From sequence record MK482689.1: a stretch of DNA of 64,000 nucleotides; one strand, given 5' to 3'. Position 1 is the stretch's first letter. Each line of letters begins with the position of its first letter. Under the pieces are notes generated by a model. The model saw nothing but the letters and a program-made list of their open reading frames with translations, was not told the origin of the DNA and did not search any database. A program made the translations under genes and the position numbers. Below are positions 29,688-38,046 of this stretch, piece after piece. Source of the DNA: Escherichia phage vB_EcoM_LMP33.

Positions 29688-30014
29688 ATGCAGATTAATG
29701 GAAGAGACTTTGTAGCCGTTTACTACGAGAAAGATAAAGAAGTTGGCGTAGCACAAGTAACTTACGGCAATGGTAAGTGGCTATATGGAACAATTGCAGT
29801 GGTCGGAACAAGAAGTGACACAAAAACTTTTAAAGATTGTGTTGACCTTCTTGAAGAATCCATTCAGAATCATTGGTGTCTGATATGGATGACTGACAAC
29901 GAAGTGATAGAACGCTTCAAAAAGATTGATATCAACATTGATAGTATTGAGCATGTTGATTTATATGAGCTAACTGAGAAGGTAAACTATGAAAGTAATA
30001 CTAGCCAGAGATAA
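29688..30014 (+). CDS. hypothetical protein
   Basis: 108-aa ORF. Confidence 0.3.
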   Translation: MQINGRDFVAVYYEKDKEVGVAQVTYGNGKWLYGTIAVVGTRSDTKTFKDCVDLLEESIQNHWCLIWMTDNEVIERFKKIDINIDSIEHVDLYELTEKVNYESNTSQR

Positions 30015-30216
30015 AAAGACACGAAAGCTTATCAGGTCAGCAGTGTTCATTGGACGAAATGAGGTCATCCCATTTACAGCAAATGATGTGATAGCTTACA
30101 GGAAGAACTTAGTATTCACTGACTGCTTACGTGGCTTCATCTCTGAACCATTGGAAGACTTTAAAAGTCGTTGTGGTAAAGGTATCATCATTCAAGAGGC
30201 AATTATTCATGGCTGA
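29989..30216 (+). CDS. hypothetical protein
   Basis: 75-aa ORF. Confidence 0.25.
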   Translation: MKVILARDKKTRKLIRSAVFIGRNEVIPFTANDVIAYRKNLVFTDCLRGFISEPLEDFKSRCGKGIIIQEAIIHG

Positions 30217-30409
30217 CTTCTGTAAAGATTGTTCTATCGAAATGTTCGGACGTGATACAGGTGACTTAAAAGGTCTTATCACTGAAGATGACTTTAAAGC
30301 TGGCTACGCAATGCCAGTAATCTGTGAAGGTTGTGGGTGCATCTGGGTAGACCACGAAGGGCAACGTGTAAAACCTTCAGAAGATAAAGAATCTTGGGAG
30401 AGATGTTAA
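30209..30409 (+). CDS. hypothetical Cys-rich small protein
   Basis: ATG at 30209 (MADFCKDCSIEM...CEGCGC); the track's longer version from 30131 is less likely. Confidence 0.25.
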   Translation: MADFCKDCSIEMFGRDTGDLKGLITEDDFKAGYAMPVICEGCGCIWVDHEGQRVKPSEDKESWERC

Positions 30410-31195
30410 ATGGGTATTGTAAAAATCATCAATGGCGATATCTTTGCAGCATTTGATAAAGGTAAGTTTGACATCATTGGTCACGGTTGCAACTGTATGA
30501 ATTTAATGGGTGCAGGTATCGCTGACAAGATTTCTAAACTTTACCCAAAAGCATATGAGACCGATACAGAAGTTTACCTCTATGCAGGTGGTATAGGTCA
30601 CAAACCCTGTGAAAATCTACTGGGTAATTTCTCTGTAGCACGTTTAGAACAAGGCCGTATAGCTAACCTTTACACTCAGCTTAAGACTGGTAAAGATGCC
30701 CGATACAGTGCTTTAGAGTCATCTTTGAAACAACTTAACAGATACTGTGAAGTCAATCAGTTGAAGAAAGTTGGGTTACCTATGATTGGTGCAGGTATCG
30801 GTGGACTAGACCCTCAAGCCGTCACAGTTATCATTAATCAGGTGATGAAGAGTGTAGATGTGTATCTTTATGTCTACGAAGGAGAGATGTACCACAAGTT
30901 ACGCTCAGGTTGGAAGAACTACTGTGAACCAGAATACTTTGCAGGTGTAGCAGTGTTCACAGATAACGCAGTTACCCTCTTCAGACGAAGAAAAGGTAAG
31001 ATACATCAAAGTAACCCTCCGGTTGAAAAGATGTCTCTAAGTAACGCTCTAGTTACCCACCTGTCGAAGAGCAATCACAGGATTGCAGTAACATTTGGCA
31101 GTGATGCAGATACTTATATCTATGCAAGAACTGATGAGGATATCGAGACAGTTTTCTCTTCACCAGAAGTTACCTTCTTAGACGCAAAGAACTAA
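30410..31195 (+). CDS. macro-domain protein (ADP-ribose binding/processing), putative
   Basis: N-terminus IINGDIFAAFDKGKFDIIGHGCNCMNLMGAGIA matches the macro-domain pattern (GDI...IVN.AN...G.GVA.AI). Confidence 0.45.
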   Translation: MGIVKIINGDIFAAFDKGKFDIIGHGCNCMNLMGAGIADKISKLYPKAYETDTEVYLYAGGIGHKPCENLLGNFSVARLEQGRIANLYTQLKTGKDARYSALESSLKQLNRYCEVNQLKKVGLPMIGAGIGGLDPQAVTVIINQVMKSVDVYLYVYEGEMYHKLRSGWKNYCEPEYFAGVAVFTDNAVTLFRRRKGKIHQSNPPVEKMSLSNALVTHLSKSNHRIAVTFGSDADTYIYARTDEDIETVFSSPEVTFLDAKN

Positions 31196-31264
31196 GAAAC
31201 TCTGTAGGATATTCACAATAGCCTAAGCCTTTCTTATCTGGTAAATTTTTCAGGTAAGGAGGGC

Positions 31265-31448
31265 TTTTTCATTTCAGAATTGTGCAGGTAGAGTTCTGTA
31301 GAGAAATCTGTAGAGAGAATTTTGAACTCCAAAGAGAAAATTCATTTTCAAACTGTGCAGATAATCTCCAAAGAGCTTTTTCATTTTCAAAACGTGCAGA
31401 CCACACTCAGGTCGGGCAAGAAAAATCATTTTAGATTTGTGCAGGTAG
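31265..31448. repeat. four direct repeats (A/T-run)TCATTT(T)CA(A/G)A(A/C)(T/C)(T/G)GTGCAG, plus interleaved TCTGTAGAGA and CTCCAAAGAG duplicates
   Basis: Copies ending in GTGCAG at about 31287, 31360, 31400 and 31446; no credible ORF in the region. Confidence 0.6.
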
Positions 31449-31460
31449 GTTTTTATAGAG

Positions 31461-31503
31461 AGCCAGACCAACCCCTCTCCCCCTCTTACTCCCCCTCTCC
31501 CCA
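31461..31503. other. polypyrimidine C-rich tract (CCCCTCTCCCCCTCTTACTCCCCCTCTCCCC)
   Basis: Unusual C-rich low-complexity run in an AT-rich genome, immediately after the repeat cluster. Confidence 0.5.
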
Positions 31504-31654
31504 AAAGTCAAGAGAAAAATTTGTAGCGGATTGAAAAATAATTCTTGATTTGTGTTCTGTTTTGTGGTAGTTGTGTGCGCCCGTTTCATTACAGTTTTGC
31601 CAAAAATATTTTTAAAATTTTTTCTTGACTCTTTGAACGTGGTTATCTAGTATT

Positions 31655-31716
31655 TGCATCAACGGGGAGGGAATGACCTTCCCCACTAAATAAAGTCCTA
31701 AACTGGAGATTCAAAA
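31655..31716 (+). promoter_or_regulatory. type A leader element (hairpin GGGGAGGG-AATGA-CCTTCCCC + conserved RBS), preceded by TTGACT-N17-TAGTAT
   Basis: Conserved CAACGGGGAGGGAATGACCTTCCCCACTAAATAAAGTCCTAAACTGGAGATTCAAAAATG; one of 7 copies. Confidence 0.55.
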
Positions 31717-32100
31717 ATGGCATATCGTGCACCTAAATTCATCAACAAAGACAACTTTCGCAACGCACTGGAGAAGTCACTTGATGAGAATTTTAAAGGT
31801 AACATTATCGTTGTTCACGCATTCAATTTTAAGTATGATGTAAACGGGAATAGAATCAACCATTACACGGCAACCATGTTAGATGGTACACTTTCAAGTG
31901 AAAAAGCCGTACTAAATGCACTGGCAGGACGTGGAAAGGTATTAGTAAGATGTGATAAGAGACGTTATCAGGGCGGCGCATATGGTTATGATGATGCTGT
32001 TTACCATCTTGAAAATATGGGCTATCAAGTAGAAAAAGCTGGAGCATCACAAATCATCGGCAGCGATGGTTATGTAACTATCTTCAAAATTAACAAATAA
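31717..32100 (+). CDS. hypothetical protein (cassette ORF 1)
   Basis: 127 aa; ATG 7-8 nt after conserved GGAG RBS of a type A leader. Confidence 0.45.
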   Translation: MAYRAPKFINKDNFRNALEKSLDENFKGNIIVVHAFNFKYDVNGNRINHYTATMLDGTLSSEKAVLNALAGRGKVLVRCDKRRYQGGAYGYDDAVYHLENMGYQVEKAGASQIIGSDGYVTIFKINK

Positions 32101-32186
32101 AGTACTTTACAAGGGGCTTATAGTTCGATAAAGTAAGCCCCAGATAAAGAGCTTTACCACTCAATCCTAAATTGGAGAACTTAAAA
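32101..32186 (+). promoter_or_regulatory. type B leader element (hairpin GGGGCTTA..TAAGCCCC + AGATAAAGAGCTTTACCACT + conserved RBS)
   Basis: Begins within the stop region (..AATAAAGTACTTTACA) of the upstream ORF; possible TTTACA-N17-TAAAGT promoter overlapping the hairpin; one of 6 copies. Confidence 0.5.
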
Positions 32187-32480
32187 ATGGCTATTATCAA
32201 AAACGTTGTAATTACTGCAAAGACTCGTGATGACGCTCGCGTTATGGCTAAAAAGTTATGCGGGAAAGTGGTTGACAACGGAAAACAATCTGCTGTAAGG
32301 TGGGGCGTGAAGGTTGATAAACAGTTGAAGTTAAAAAATTCACCGATAAACCTTTTTACATGTGTAAACACTATCGGGAAGACAAATGTATACACGAAAA
32401 AGGCATACATTAGACGCGTAGCATTAACATCCCCCATTCGTACAATGAGAAGTTATGCAAAGCTGAAAATTAACAAATAA
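32187..32480 (+). CDS. hypothetical basic protein (cassette ORF 2)
   Basis: 97 aa from ATG at 32187 (MAIIKN...), the start conserved within the leader repeat; track start at 32172 is a TTG. Confidence 0.45.
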   Translation: MAIIKNVVITAKTRDDARVMAKKLCGKVVDNGKQSAVRWGVKVDKQLKLKNSPINLFTCVNTIGKTNVYTKKAYIRRVALTSPIRTMRSYAKLKINK

Positions 32481-32565
32481 AGTACTTTACAGGGGGCTTA
32501 AAAGCTGATATCTTAAGCCCCAGATAAAGAGCTTTACCACTAAATCCTAAACTGGAGATTCAAAA
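32481..32565 (+). promoter_or_regulatory. type B leader element
   Basis: AGTACTTTACAGGGGGCTTAAAAGCTGATATCTTAAGCCCCAGATAAAGAGCTTTACCACTAAATCCTAAACTGGAGATTCAAAAATG. Confidence 0.5.
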
Positions 32566-33078
32566 ATGAAAACTGTAGACGCTACCTTTGAAGTTGTAAA
32601 AGAAAAATTTTCCATCATTTACGAAGCAGTTAATTGCTTTGAAGCAAGCCATAATCTTGATAATTGGGAATTTACAGATGACCATCAAGGCGGTGTGACG
32701 ATTAAAAATCCTAGCTGTCAGCGTAATGAATTTAAATATGCAATCCCTTTACATTACAGCCTTAAACAGCTTTCAAGTGACTATGCAAAACAAGGCCGGG
32801 AAAACCCATCAAAAGAGGCTTACATCAGCTTACAGAAAGAACTAGAAAGAGATTTAGAGGCTTCAGAATATAACATCGCCGCGAAAGTTGTAGATGCAAA
32901 CGGTAGCACGGTTTTAGAGAGTTTTTATATTGGTTATGCTTTCGATTGGTGCTATCGTGACGGCGATGATTTAGAGGATAGACTAAAAGAAGAGGTGAAC
33001 AACGCAGACGCAGAATCTGAAGTATTAGAACGTTTGGAATCGTTGAAAGACTCAGTGATGAATATCTTTAAGAACTAA
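32566..33078 (+). CDS. hypothetical acidic protein (cassette ORF 3)
   Basis: 170-aa ORF after type B leader. Confidence 0.45.
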   Translation: MKTVDATFEVVKEKFSIIYEAVNCFEASHNLDNWEFTDDHQGGVTIKNPSCQRNEFKYAIPLHYSLKQLSSDYAKQGRENPSKEAYISLQKELERDLEASEYNIAAKVVDANGSTVLESFYIGYAFDWCYRDGDDLEDRLKEEVNNADAESEVLERLESLKDSVMNIFKN

Positions 33079-33170
33079 ATAGATTTCTTTACACGGGGTT
33101 ACCAGACTGATAAGATAGCCCCAGATAAAGAGCTTTATTCAAATCAACCCTTAAACTAGGAGATTCTAAA
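33079..33170 (+). promoter_or_regulatory. type B leader element (divergent variant)
   Basis: ..CACGGGGTTACCAGACTGATAAGATAGCCCCAGATAAAGAGCTTTATTCAAATCAACCCTTAAACTAGGAGATTCTAAAATG. Confidence 0.45.
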
Positions 33171-33467
33171 ATGAAATTATCAAATAAAGTCCGTGAAAAT
33201 TTAAGCAAGTTACTTAATAAAATTGATTTCATTGAAACATCAAGGAATAGTCATGATGTTATGGAATGGTTACACGGAAAAATCAAAGGCCGTCGTGTAG
33301 TGATTTGCTTATGGAACAGTTGCAGGGAGTATAAAAAACCTGTATTGCAAGTCAATATTTATGATGATACTTTTAAAAGTCCTGTAAAGTCTAAAAGCGA
33401 TTTATTAGAATCCTATGAGATAACTGTAAATGGCAAAGTATCACGTAAAGAGGAAACACCATGTTAA
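33171..33467 (+). CDS. hypothetical protein (cassette ORF 4)
   Basis: 98-aa ORF. Confidence 0.4.
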   Translation: MKLSNKVRENLSKLLNKIDFIETSRNSHDVMEWLHGKIKGRRVVICLWNSCREYKKPVLQVNIYDDTFKSPVKSKSDLLESYEITVNGKVSRKEETPC

Positions 33468-33793
33468 TGACTGGTATCACTGCAATCATTGCCATTTTCG
33501 CGCTATATAAGGCATATAAAGCCTATAATCTGGCAAGTAAGGCAATCACACAACAGGTTAATAATAACCTTGTAATGAGCTTTCTAGAGCGTTTAAGTGA
33601 TGAACAATTAAAACGGCTAGAAATGAGCTTTAGATTCAGGGCGAGAACTTATCAAATCAGTGACATTTTCAAAGATAATTTTCAATTAGTCGATGATTAT
33701 AATTCTCTGATAAATGCTTTAAATATTAGTGACTTAAAAGATTATCACGCTGTAATTGTTCAAGAATTGAGCAAACGAAAACAAAACTGTTGA
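33461..33793 (+). CDS. hypothetical membrane protein (cassette ORF 5)
   Basis: 110 aa, N-terminal TM helix (MLMTGITAIIAIFALY); start overlaps the upstream stop; no leader repeat. Confidence 0.4.
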   Translation: MLMTGITAIIAIFALYKAYKAYNLASKAITQQVNNNLVMSFLERLSDEQLKRLEMSFRFRARTYQISDIFKDNFQLVDDYNSLINALNISDLKDYHAVIVQELSKRKQNC

Positions 33794-33882
33794 CACTGAT
33801 TTTTAGATAGATTAAATTACACATCAACGGGGAGGTAATAACCTCCCTACTAAATAAAGTCCTTAAACTAGGAGATTCAAAA
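33785..33882 (+). promoter_or_regulatory. type A leader element with sigma70-like promoter (TTGACA-N17-TAAATT) + hairpin + RBS
   Basis: TTGACA 33790-33795, TAAATT 33813-33818, hairpin GGGGAGGTAATAACCTCCC, then conserved TAAACTAGGAGATTCAAAAATG. Confidence 0.6.
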
Positions 33883-34155
33883 ATGTATACTACTAACAAC
33901 GGTCGTACTTTAAATGTCACTCTACGTCACTATGTTGATGGTGTAATGTGCTTTGATGATTTACAAGCTGAGCAACACATCTTAGATTGGCAAGTAGCAG
34001 GACTCCAAAAAACTGCTACCGGATACGGGAAAAAGATTCCAACTAGCTGGAAAGTACACTATGAAGGCCGTTTGCGCAGAATTTATCAAGATGTGCAAAG
34101 CAATAGCGCATCGAGTTACATTATAGTAAAAGGCAAAAAACTGCATTTAATGTAA
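33883..34155 (+). CDS. hypothetical protein (cassette ORF 6)
   Basis: 90-aa ORF. Confidence 0.4.
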   Translation: MYTTNNGRTLNVTLRHYVDGVMCFDDLQAEQHILDWQVAGLQKTATGYGKKIPTSWKVHYEGRLRRIYQDVQSNSASSYIIVKGKKLHLM

Positions 34156-34241
34156 AGTACTTTACAAGGGGCTTATAGTTCGATAAAGTAAGCCCCAGAT
34201 AAAGAGCTTTACCACTAAATCCTAAATTGGAGAACTTAAAA
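34156..34241 (+). promoter_or_regulatory. type B leader element
   Basis: Near-identical to the copy at 32101-32186. Confidence 0.5.
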
Positions 34242-34646
34242 ATGGCTATTAATAACCGTGAATTATCAATTTTAAAAGCACGTTTGACCGTTAACCGGAT
34301 TAATGTTATCACGTCATCAGCACCAGATGAAACACTGCAAAACATTATTGGGAAGATTCAAAGTGTTATCTTAGACGTTGAAAGCGTAAAAAATTCATTG
34401 GCTGACGTTGCAGCAGGTATCACACTAGACGGTGCGCAATATGAAATGTCCGACATGTTAGGCAAATCTAAGGTAATGAATAAAGAGTTAGATTTGAAAA
34501 TGTTCCGATTTGCTGTTAAAGTGTGGCTATCTGTCGAGTATGATGCTAACTTTGCAATCGCTGACTTTTTCGCCACTTGGTTGCAGCGTAATTTGACTAA
34601 TCATGACTTCCGCGATATCTGTGATGCAATTTATGCAGAACTCTAA
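34242..34646 (+). CDS. hypothetical protein (cassette ORF 7)
   Basis: ATG at 34242 (MAINNREL...); track start at 34227 is a TTG. Confidence 0.45.
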   Translation: MAINNRELSILKARLTVNRINVITSSAPDETLQNIIGKIQSVILDVESVKNSLADVAAGITLDGAQYEMSDMLGKSKVMNKELDLKMFRFAVKVWLSVEYDANFAIADFFATWLQRNLTNHDFRDICDAIYAEL

Positions 34647-34655
34647 AAAATTTTG

Positions 34656-34747
34656 TTGACACTGGTTTTTAGATAGATTAAATTACACATCAACGGGGAG
34701 GGAATGACCTTCCCCACTAAATAAAGTCCTAAACTGGAGATTCAAAA
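34656..34747 (+). promoter_or_regulatory. type A leader element with sigma70-like promoter (TTGACA-N17-TAAATT)
   Basis: TTGACACTGGTTTTTAGATAGATTAAATTACACATCAACGGGGAGGGAATGACCTTCCCC... Confidence 0.6.
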
Positions 34748-34951
34748 ATGGCTATTATTAATGGTTTAACCATTGAAACTACACACATCAAAGATATCAA
34801 AGTTGGTGATATAGTCCTTTCCCACGGCGTAGAAAAAACTGTCACTGCAAAGGATATCAAAGAGGATTCTTTCATGGGTAGGACTCTCTTCGGTGATTCT
34901 TATTGCTTAGGCTATCTTGCAGTTTTAAAAGTTGTCAAAAATAACAAATAA
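34748..34951 (+). CDS. hypothetical small protein (cassette ORF 8)
   Basis: 67 aa (MAIINGLTIE...). Confidence 0.4.
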   Translation: MAIINGLTIETTHIKDIKVGDIVLSHGVEKTVTAKDIKEDSFMGRTLFGDSYCLGYLAVLKVVKNNK

Positions 34952-35037
34952 AGTACTTTACAAGGGGCTTAAAAGTTGATAACTTAAGCCTCAGATAAAG
35001 AGCTTTACCACTAAATCCTAAACTGGAGATTCTAAAA
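34952..35037 (+). promoter_or_regulatory. type B leader element
   Basis: AGTACTTTACAAGGGGCTTAAAAGTTGATAACTTAAGCCTCAGATAAAGAGCTTTACCACTAAATCC... Confidence 0.5.
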
Positions 35038-35286
35038 ATGATGAACTACTTTAACATTCCCGATACCTGTAGATTATTGACACAAGAAGAAAATTTGGGT
35101 AAACCTTTCATTTACCACATGCCAGATAACACGGCAAAAACTTATAGTTACAATGTTAACCGTTTCACCGCATACGCTGCAAAGAACGGCTATAGGTTGG
35201 TTACTCAAAAAGTGATGCTGGTTACAATCGCTGACGAGGTTCCTACGGTTGCAGTTAAACTAATTTTCTCAAAGAAAGTTAAATAA
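35038..35286 (+). CDS. hypothetical protein (cassette ORF 9)
   Basis: 82-aa ORF. Confidence 0.4.
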   Translation: MMNYFNIPDTCRLLTQEENLGKPFIYHMPDNTAKTYSYNVNRFTAYAAKNGYRLVTQKVMLVTIADEVPTVAVKLIFSKKVK

Positions 35287-35373
35287 AGTACTTTACAAGG
35301 GGCTTATAGTTCGATAAAGTAAGCCCCAGATAAAGAGCTTTACCACTAAATCCTTAAACTAGGAGATTCAAAA
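35287..35373 (+). promoter_or_regulatory. type B leader element
   Basis: Near-identical to 32101-32186 and 34156-34241. Confidence 0.5.
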
Positions 35374-35916
35374 ATGAAATGCTATCACGGAACTACTCAA
35401 GAAAATTTCCTCAACCTGATTAATAACGGTGATAAACCATCAGGCGCATGGAATTGTTCGGATATGGACGGCAATTTTTACGTGTATCCAGAAAATAAAA
35501 TCTATGGCGACGATGAGGAAGAAATAGCATCAGAGGGCATTCAGCAAGCTCTAGGCAATGCCACTATCACCGCAGCTTTTCAGATGAAGACTCAAAATAT
35601 TGTTATCTTAGAACTCGATATTCCAGAGGATGAGCTAAATGATGATTATTCTTGTGATAATATGTCGAGTGTAGCAAGTTTTACAGAGTACTTTGATGTA
35701 AATTGGATTAAAAAGGTCTATACAACAGAGTTTAATGCGATGTTTTCGCCTTTTTGTCTTCCTTCATTGGATAACCCAAATTTAAACTATCTTGACGAGT
35801 CTCTGGAGCTTCTTGCTAAAAGTGTACAACAGTCGGACAGTATTCATGTTTTTTGTGACATCATGGATACACTGACAGGAAACATTGCAGAAGAGGATTT
35901 AAAGAGCTTTTTCTAA
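35374..35916 (+). CDS. hypothetical acidic protein (cassette ORF 10)
   Basis: 180-aa ORF. Confidence 0.45.
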   Translation: MKCYHGTTQENFLNLINNGDKPSGAWNCSDMDGNFYVYPENKIYGDDEEEIASEGIQQALGNATITAAFQMKTQNIVILELDIPEDELNDDYSCDNMSSVASFTEYFDVNWIKKVYTTEFNAMFSPFCLPSLDNPNLNYLDESLELLAKSVQQSDSIHVFCDIMDTLTGNIAEEDLKSFF

Positions 35917-35982
35917 AAACCTATGCAATCACCTTATAAACACTAATCAGCCCCTTGTAGGGGCTTTTAGAGGGCTTAAATC

Positions 35983-36216
35983 ATGCTTACAACCGTTTAT
36001 CTCATCCTCTCAATTTGTAATGGCCATTCATGTGACTTTAAAGGGCTTGAAGAGTTTACAGGAAGTAAAGAAAATGCTATTCAAGTTTGCCAGATAGCAA
36101 GGAAAGACTATCCCGCTAGTGATGATATACAATGTTACTTTAAGACAGAAGATGACGACGGAATCTATTTCGACAGTGTTGACGGTCAGTATGAAATTAT
36201 CATTGAAAAAGACTAG
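35983..36216 (+). CDS. hypothetical small protein (cassette ORF 11)
   Basis: 77 aa; preceded by a different hairpin (AGCCCCTTGTAGGGGCT), not a type A/B leader. Confidence 0.35.
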   Translation: MLTTVYLILSICNGHSCDFKGLEEFTGSKENAIQVCQIARKDYPASDDIQCYFKTEDDDGIYFDSVDGQYEIIIEKD

Positions 36217-36229
36217 ACAAGCCTGATAA

Positions 36230-36308
36230 AAATCTGTAAATTGTCAATCAACGGGGAGGGAATGACCTTCCCCACTAAATAAAGTCCTTAAACTAGGAGA
36301 TTCAAAAA
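36230..36308 (+). promoter_or_regulatory. type A leader element
   Basis: CTGTAAATTGTCAATCAACGGGGAGGGAATGACCTTCCCCACTAAATAAAGTCCTTAAACTAGGAGATTCAAAAAATG. Confidence 0.55.
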
Positions 36309-36650
36309 ATGGCTTATGTAACCGTAATTACCGATAAAGCTGGCGCATCTTGGTCAACTCAGGTTAGTGATAAGATGTCACCTATGCAGTGCCTAAAATA
36401 CTTTGAACAGTGGAACAAAGGCGAGGACACAAGCCCCTTTCAAGTGATGCAGATTATCCATGTAGACAACGAAGGGAATAAAACGACGCTGAATAGTGAG
36501 TACTATGCAAGCCGTTTTGAAACGAGAAGTAAAACAATGAAACTTTTACGTGAATCCGGTTATGCCCATATCGCCGCGTTAATCTGGGATGACCTGCTAA
36601 AAAGTCAGCGTATCAGCTATGTAAAACCTGAAAAAATATTCATCAGTTAA
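36309..36650 (+). CDS. hypothetical protein (cassette ORF 12)
   Basis: 113-aa ORF. Confidence 0.45.
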   Translation: MAYVTVITDKAGASWSTQVSDKMSPMQCLKYFEQWNKGEDTSPFQVMQIIHVDNEGNKTTLNSEYYASRFETRSKTMKLLRESGYAHIAALIWDDLLKSQRISYVKPEKIFIS

Positions 36651-36805
36651 TCAATAACTTACAAAAAAACTTTTAAAAAAGTGTTGACAATACCCATTGA
36701 CATTGGTAACTTTGTTCGAGGGGGTTATCTAAAAGGGATTCACTTAAAAGATTCTTTATAGATAAGCTCAAAAAATTACTTGCAATCAACTATCAAAACA
36801 AGTAA

Positions 36806-36870
36806 ATTACTAATCAACGGGAAGGCAATAACCTCCCCACTAAATAAAGTCCTAAACTGGAGATTCTAAA
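36806..36870 (+). promoter_or_regulatory. type A leader element (variant hairpin GGGAAGGCAATAACCTCCCC)
   Basis: Preceded at 36685-36710 by tandem TTGACA boxes (TTGACAATACCCATTGACA). Confidence 0.5.
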
Positions 36871-37401
36871 ATGAACAAATTTCAAGCTATCAACTTCATT
36901 CGTTCAAATGCTGTAATGTCTAAGCCTGTAAAAGATACATACGAATTCCGTTGTAATGGGGTACATTTCGCAACAATCACCAAATCAGAAAACGGGGCTT
37001 ATTACGTTCATCGTCGTAATGTTTCAACCGTTGTAGTCTCTCACTTTATGCAAGCTGTAGCGGAATTATTACCGTTATTCTTAGAGATTTACTTAGATGA
37101 GTGTAAAAACGTTCACAACCACGTTAAAAGCCTTTTAAACGGTTATAAAATGGCTTATGAACGCTCTATCAAGTCCTTAAACAAGTTTTACAATGCACCT
37201 GCAAATACTGTTTCAATGGCTTATGATGTAAACGGTGAGTTAGTTAGTCTCTTTAAAGTGGAAGAAATTAAGCTGTATAATTTACGTCCTAGTGGTTACT
37301 CTAAGACTCTTGGTGAAGGTTTATCCTTTAATATCAAGAACTTAGAAAAAACTTTAAAAGACATTGAAAAAGATATTGACGAGACAATCAAAAGTCTGTA
37401 A
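36871..37401 (+). CDS. hypothetical protein (cassette ORF 13)
   Basis: 176-aa ORF. Confidence 0.45.
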   Translation: MNKFQAINFIRSNAVMSKPVKDTYEFRCNGVHFATITKSENGAYYVHRRNVSTVVVSHFMQAVAELLPLFLEIYLDECKNVHNHVKSLLNGYKMAYERSIKSLNKFYNAPANTVSMAYDVNGELVSLFKVEEIKLYNLRPSGYSKTLGEGLSFNIKNLEKTLKDIEKDIDETIKSL

Positions 37402-37467
37402 ATTGTCAATCAACGGGGAGGGAATGACCTTCCCCACTAAATAAAATCCTAAACTGGAGTTATCAAG
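37400..37467 (+). promoter_or_regulatory. type A leader element
   Basis: CTGTAAATTGTCAATCAACGGGGAGGGAATGACCTTCCCCACTAAATAAAATCCTAAACTGGAG... Confidence 0.55.
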
Positions 37468-37731
37468 ATGGAAAACGTAGAATTAACCACACTTTTACAA
37501 ATTGCAACCGACAAAGAAGATGTAGCATTATTTCACCGTATCGAAAGTGATTTGTTCAATGGTGAAATCATCAAAGAATCTTACGAAGTTGTCGGATTCA
37601 AAGATGGTAAAGCGTTTGGCTTTTTTGACCTCGATAAAGGCAACGCTGTTACAAAGTATGATGTTGTATCTTGTGAGATTCTTACAAAATACAACGAAAA
37701 AAGGCTTGCAACATACGCCAATATGCAGTAA
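37468..37731 (+). CDS. hypothetical protein (cassette ORF 14)
   Basis: 87-aa ORF. Confidence 0.4.
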   Translation: MENVELTTLLQIATDKEDVALFHRIESDLFNGEIIKESYEVVGFKDGKAFGFFDLDKGNAVTKYDVVSCEILTKYNEKRLATYANMQ

Positions 37732-37797
37732 ATTACTAATCAACGGGGGATGACCTCCCCCCCACTAAGTAAAGTCCTAAACTGGAGAATCTAAATT
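37731..37797 (+). promoter_or_regulatory. type A leader element (variant hairpin GGGGGATGACCTCCCCC)
   Basis: TAAATTACTAATCAACGGGGGATGACCTCCCCCCCACTAAGTAAAGTCCTAAACTGGAGAATCTAAATTATG. Confidence 0.5.
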
Positions 37798-38046
37798 ATG
37801 TCAACTATCCGCGTAACTGTTAATGCTTATGGCTGCCACGAACTTGATGCAAAATTCGATATCGGTGGAACAGATAACACCTTTGACCTTATCAAAATGC
37901 TGATTCAGCAGGTGCTACCAGATTATAACCCTACCGATGACTTTTGGAAGGACGCTGTAAAAGAAGCCATAAACGAGGAATATCACTACCACTACTGGGG
38001 AGAAAAAATCGTCTCCCTATACTACAGCAAACAAGGTTACAACTAA
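37798..38046 (+). CDS. hypothetical protein (cassette ORF 15)
   Basis: 82-aa ORF; last gene before the long noncoding region. Confidence 0.4.
   Translation: MSTIRVTVNAYGCHELDAKFDIGGTDNTFDLIKMLIQQVLPDYNPTDDFWKDAVKEAINEEYHYHYWGEKIVSLYYSKQGYN

Noticed and set aside
31274-31534. ORFs 31274..31504(-) and 31322..31534(+) in the repeat/C-rich region
   Set aside because: Translations are dominated by the direct repeats and the polypyrimidine tract (proline/serine runs); no RBS; more likely noncoding regulatory DNA.
31655-38046. CRISPR array interpretation of the alternating repeat/ORF region
   Set aside because: Repeats are 60-95 bp, of two types, contain promoter/RBS/start-codon features, and the intervening 'spacers' are 200-540-bp ORFs of varied length; no cas genes; inconsistent with CRISPR geometry.
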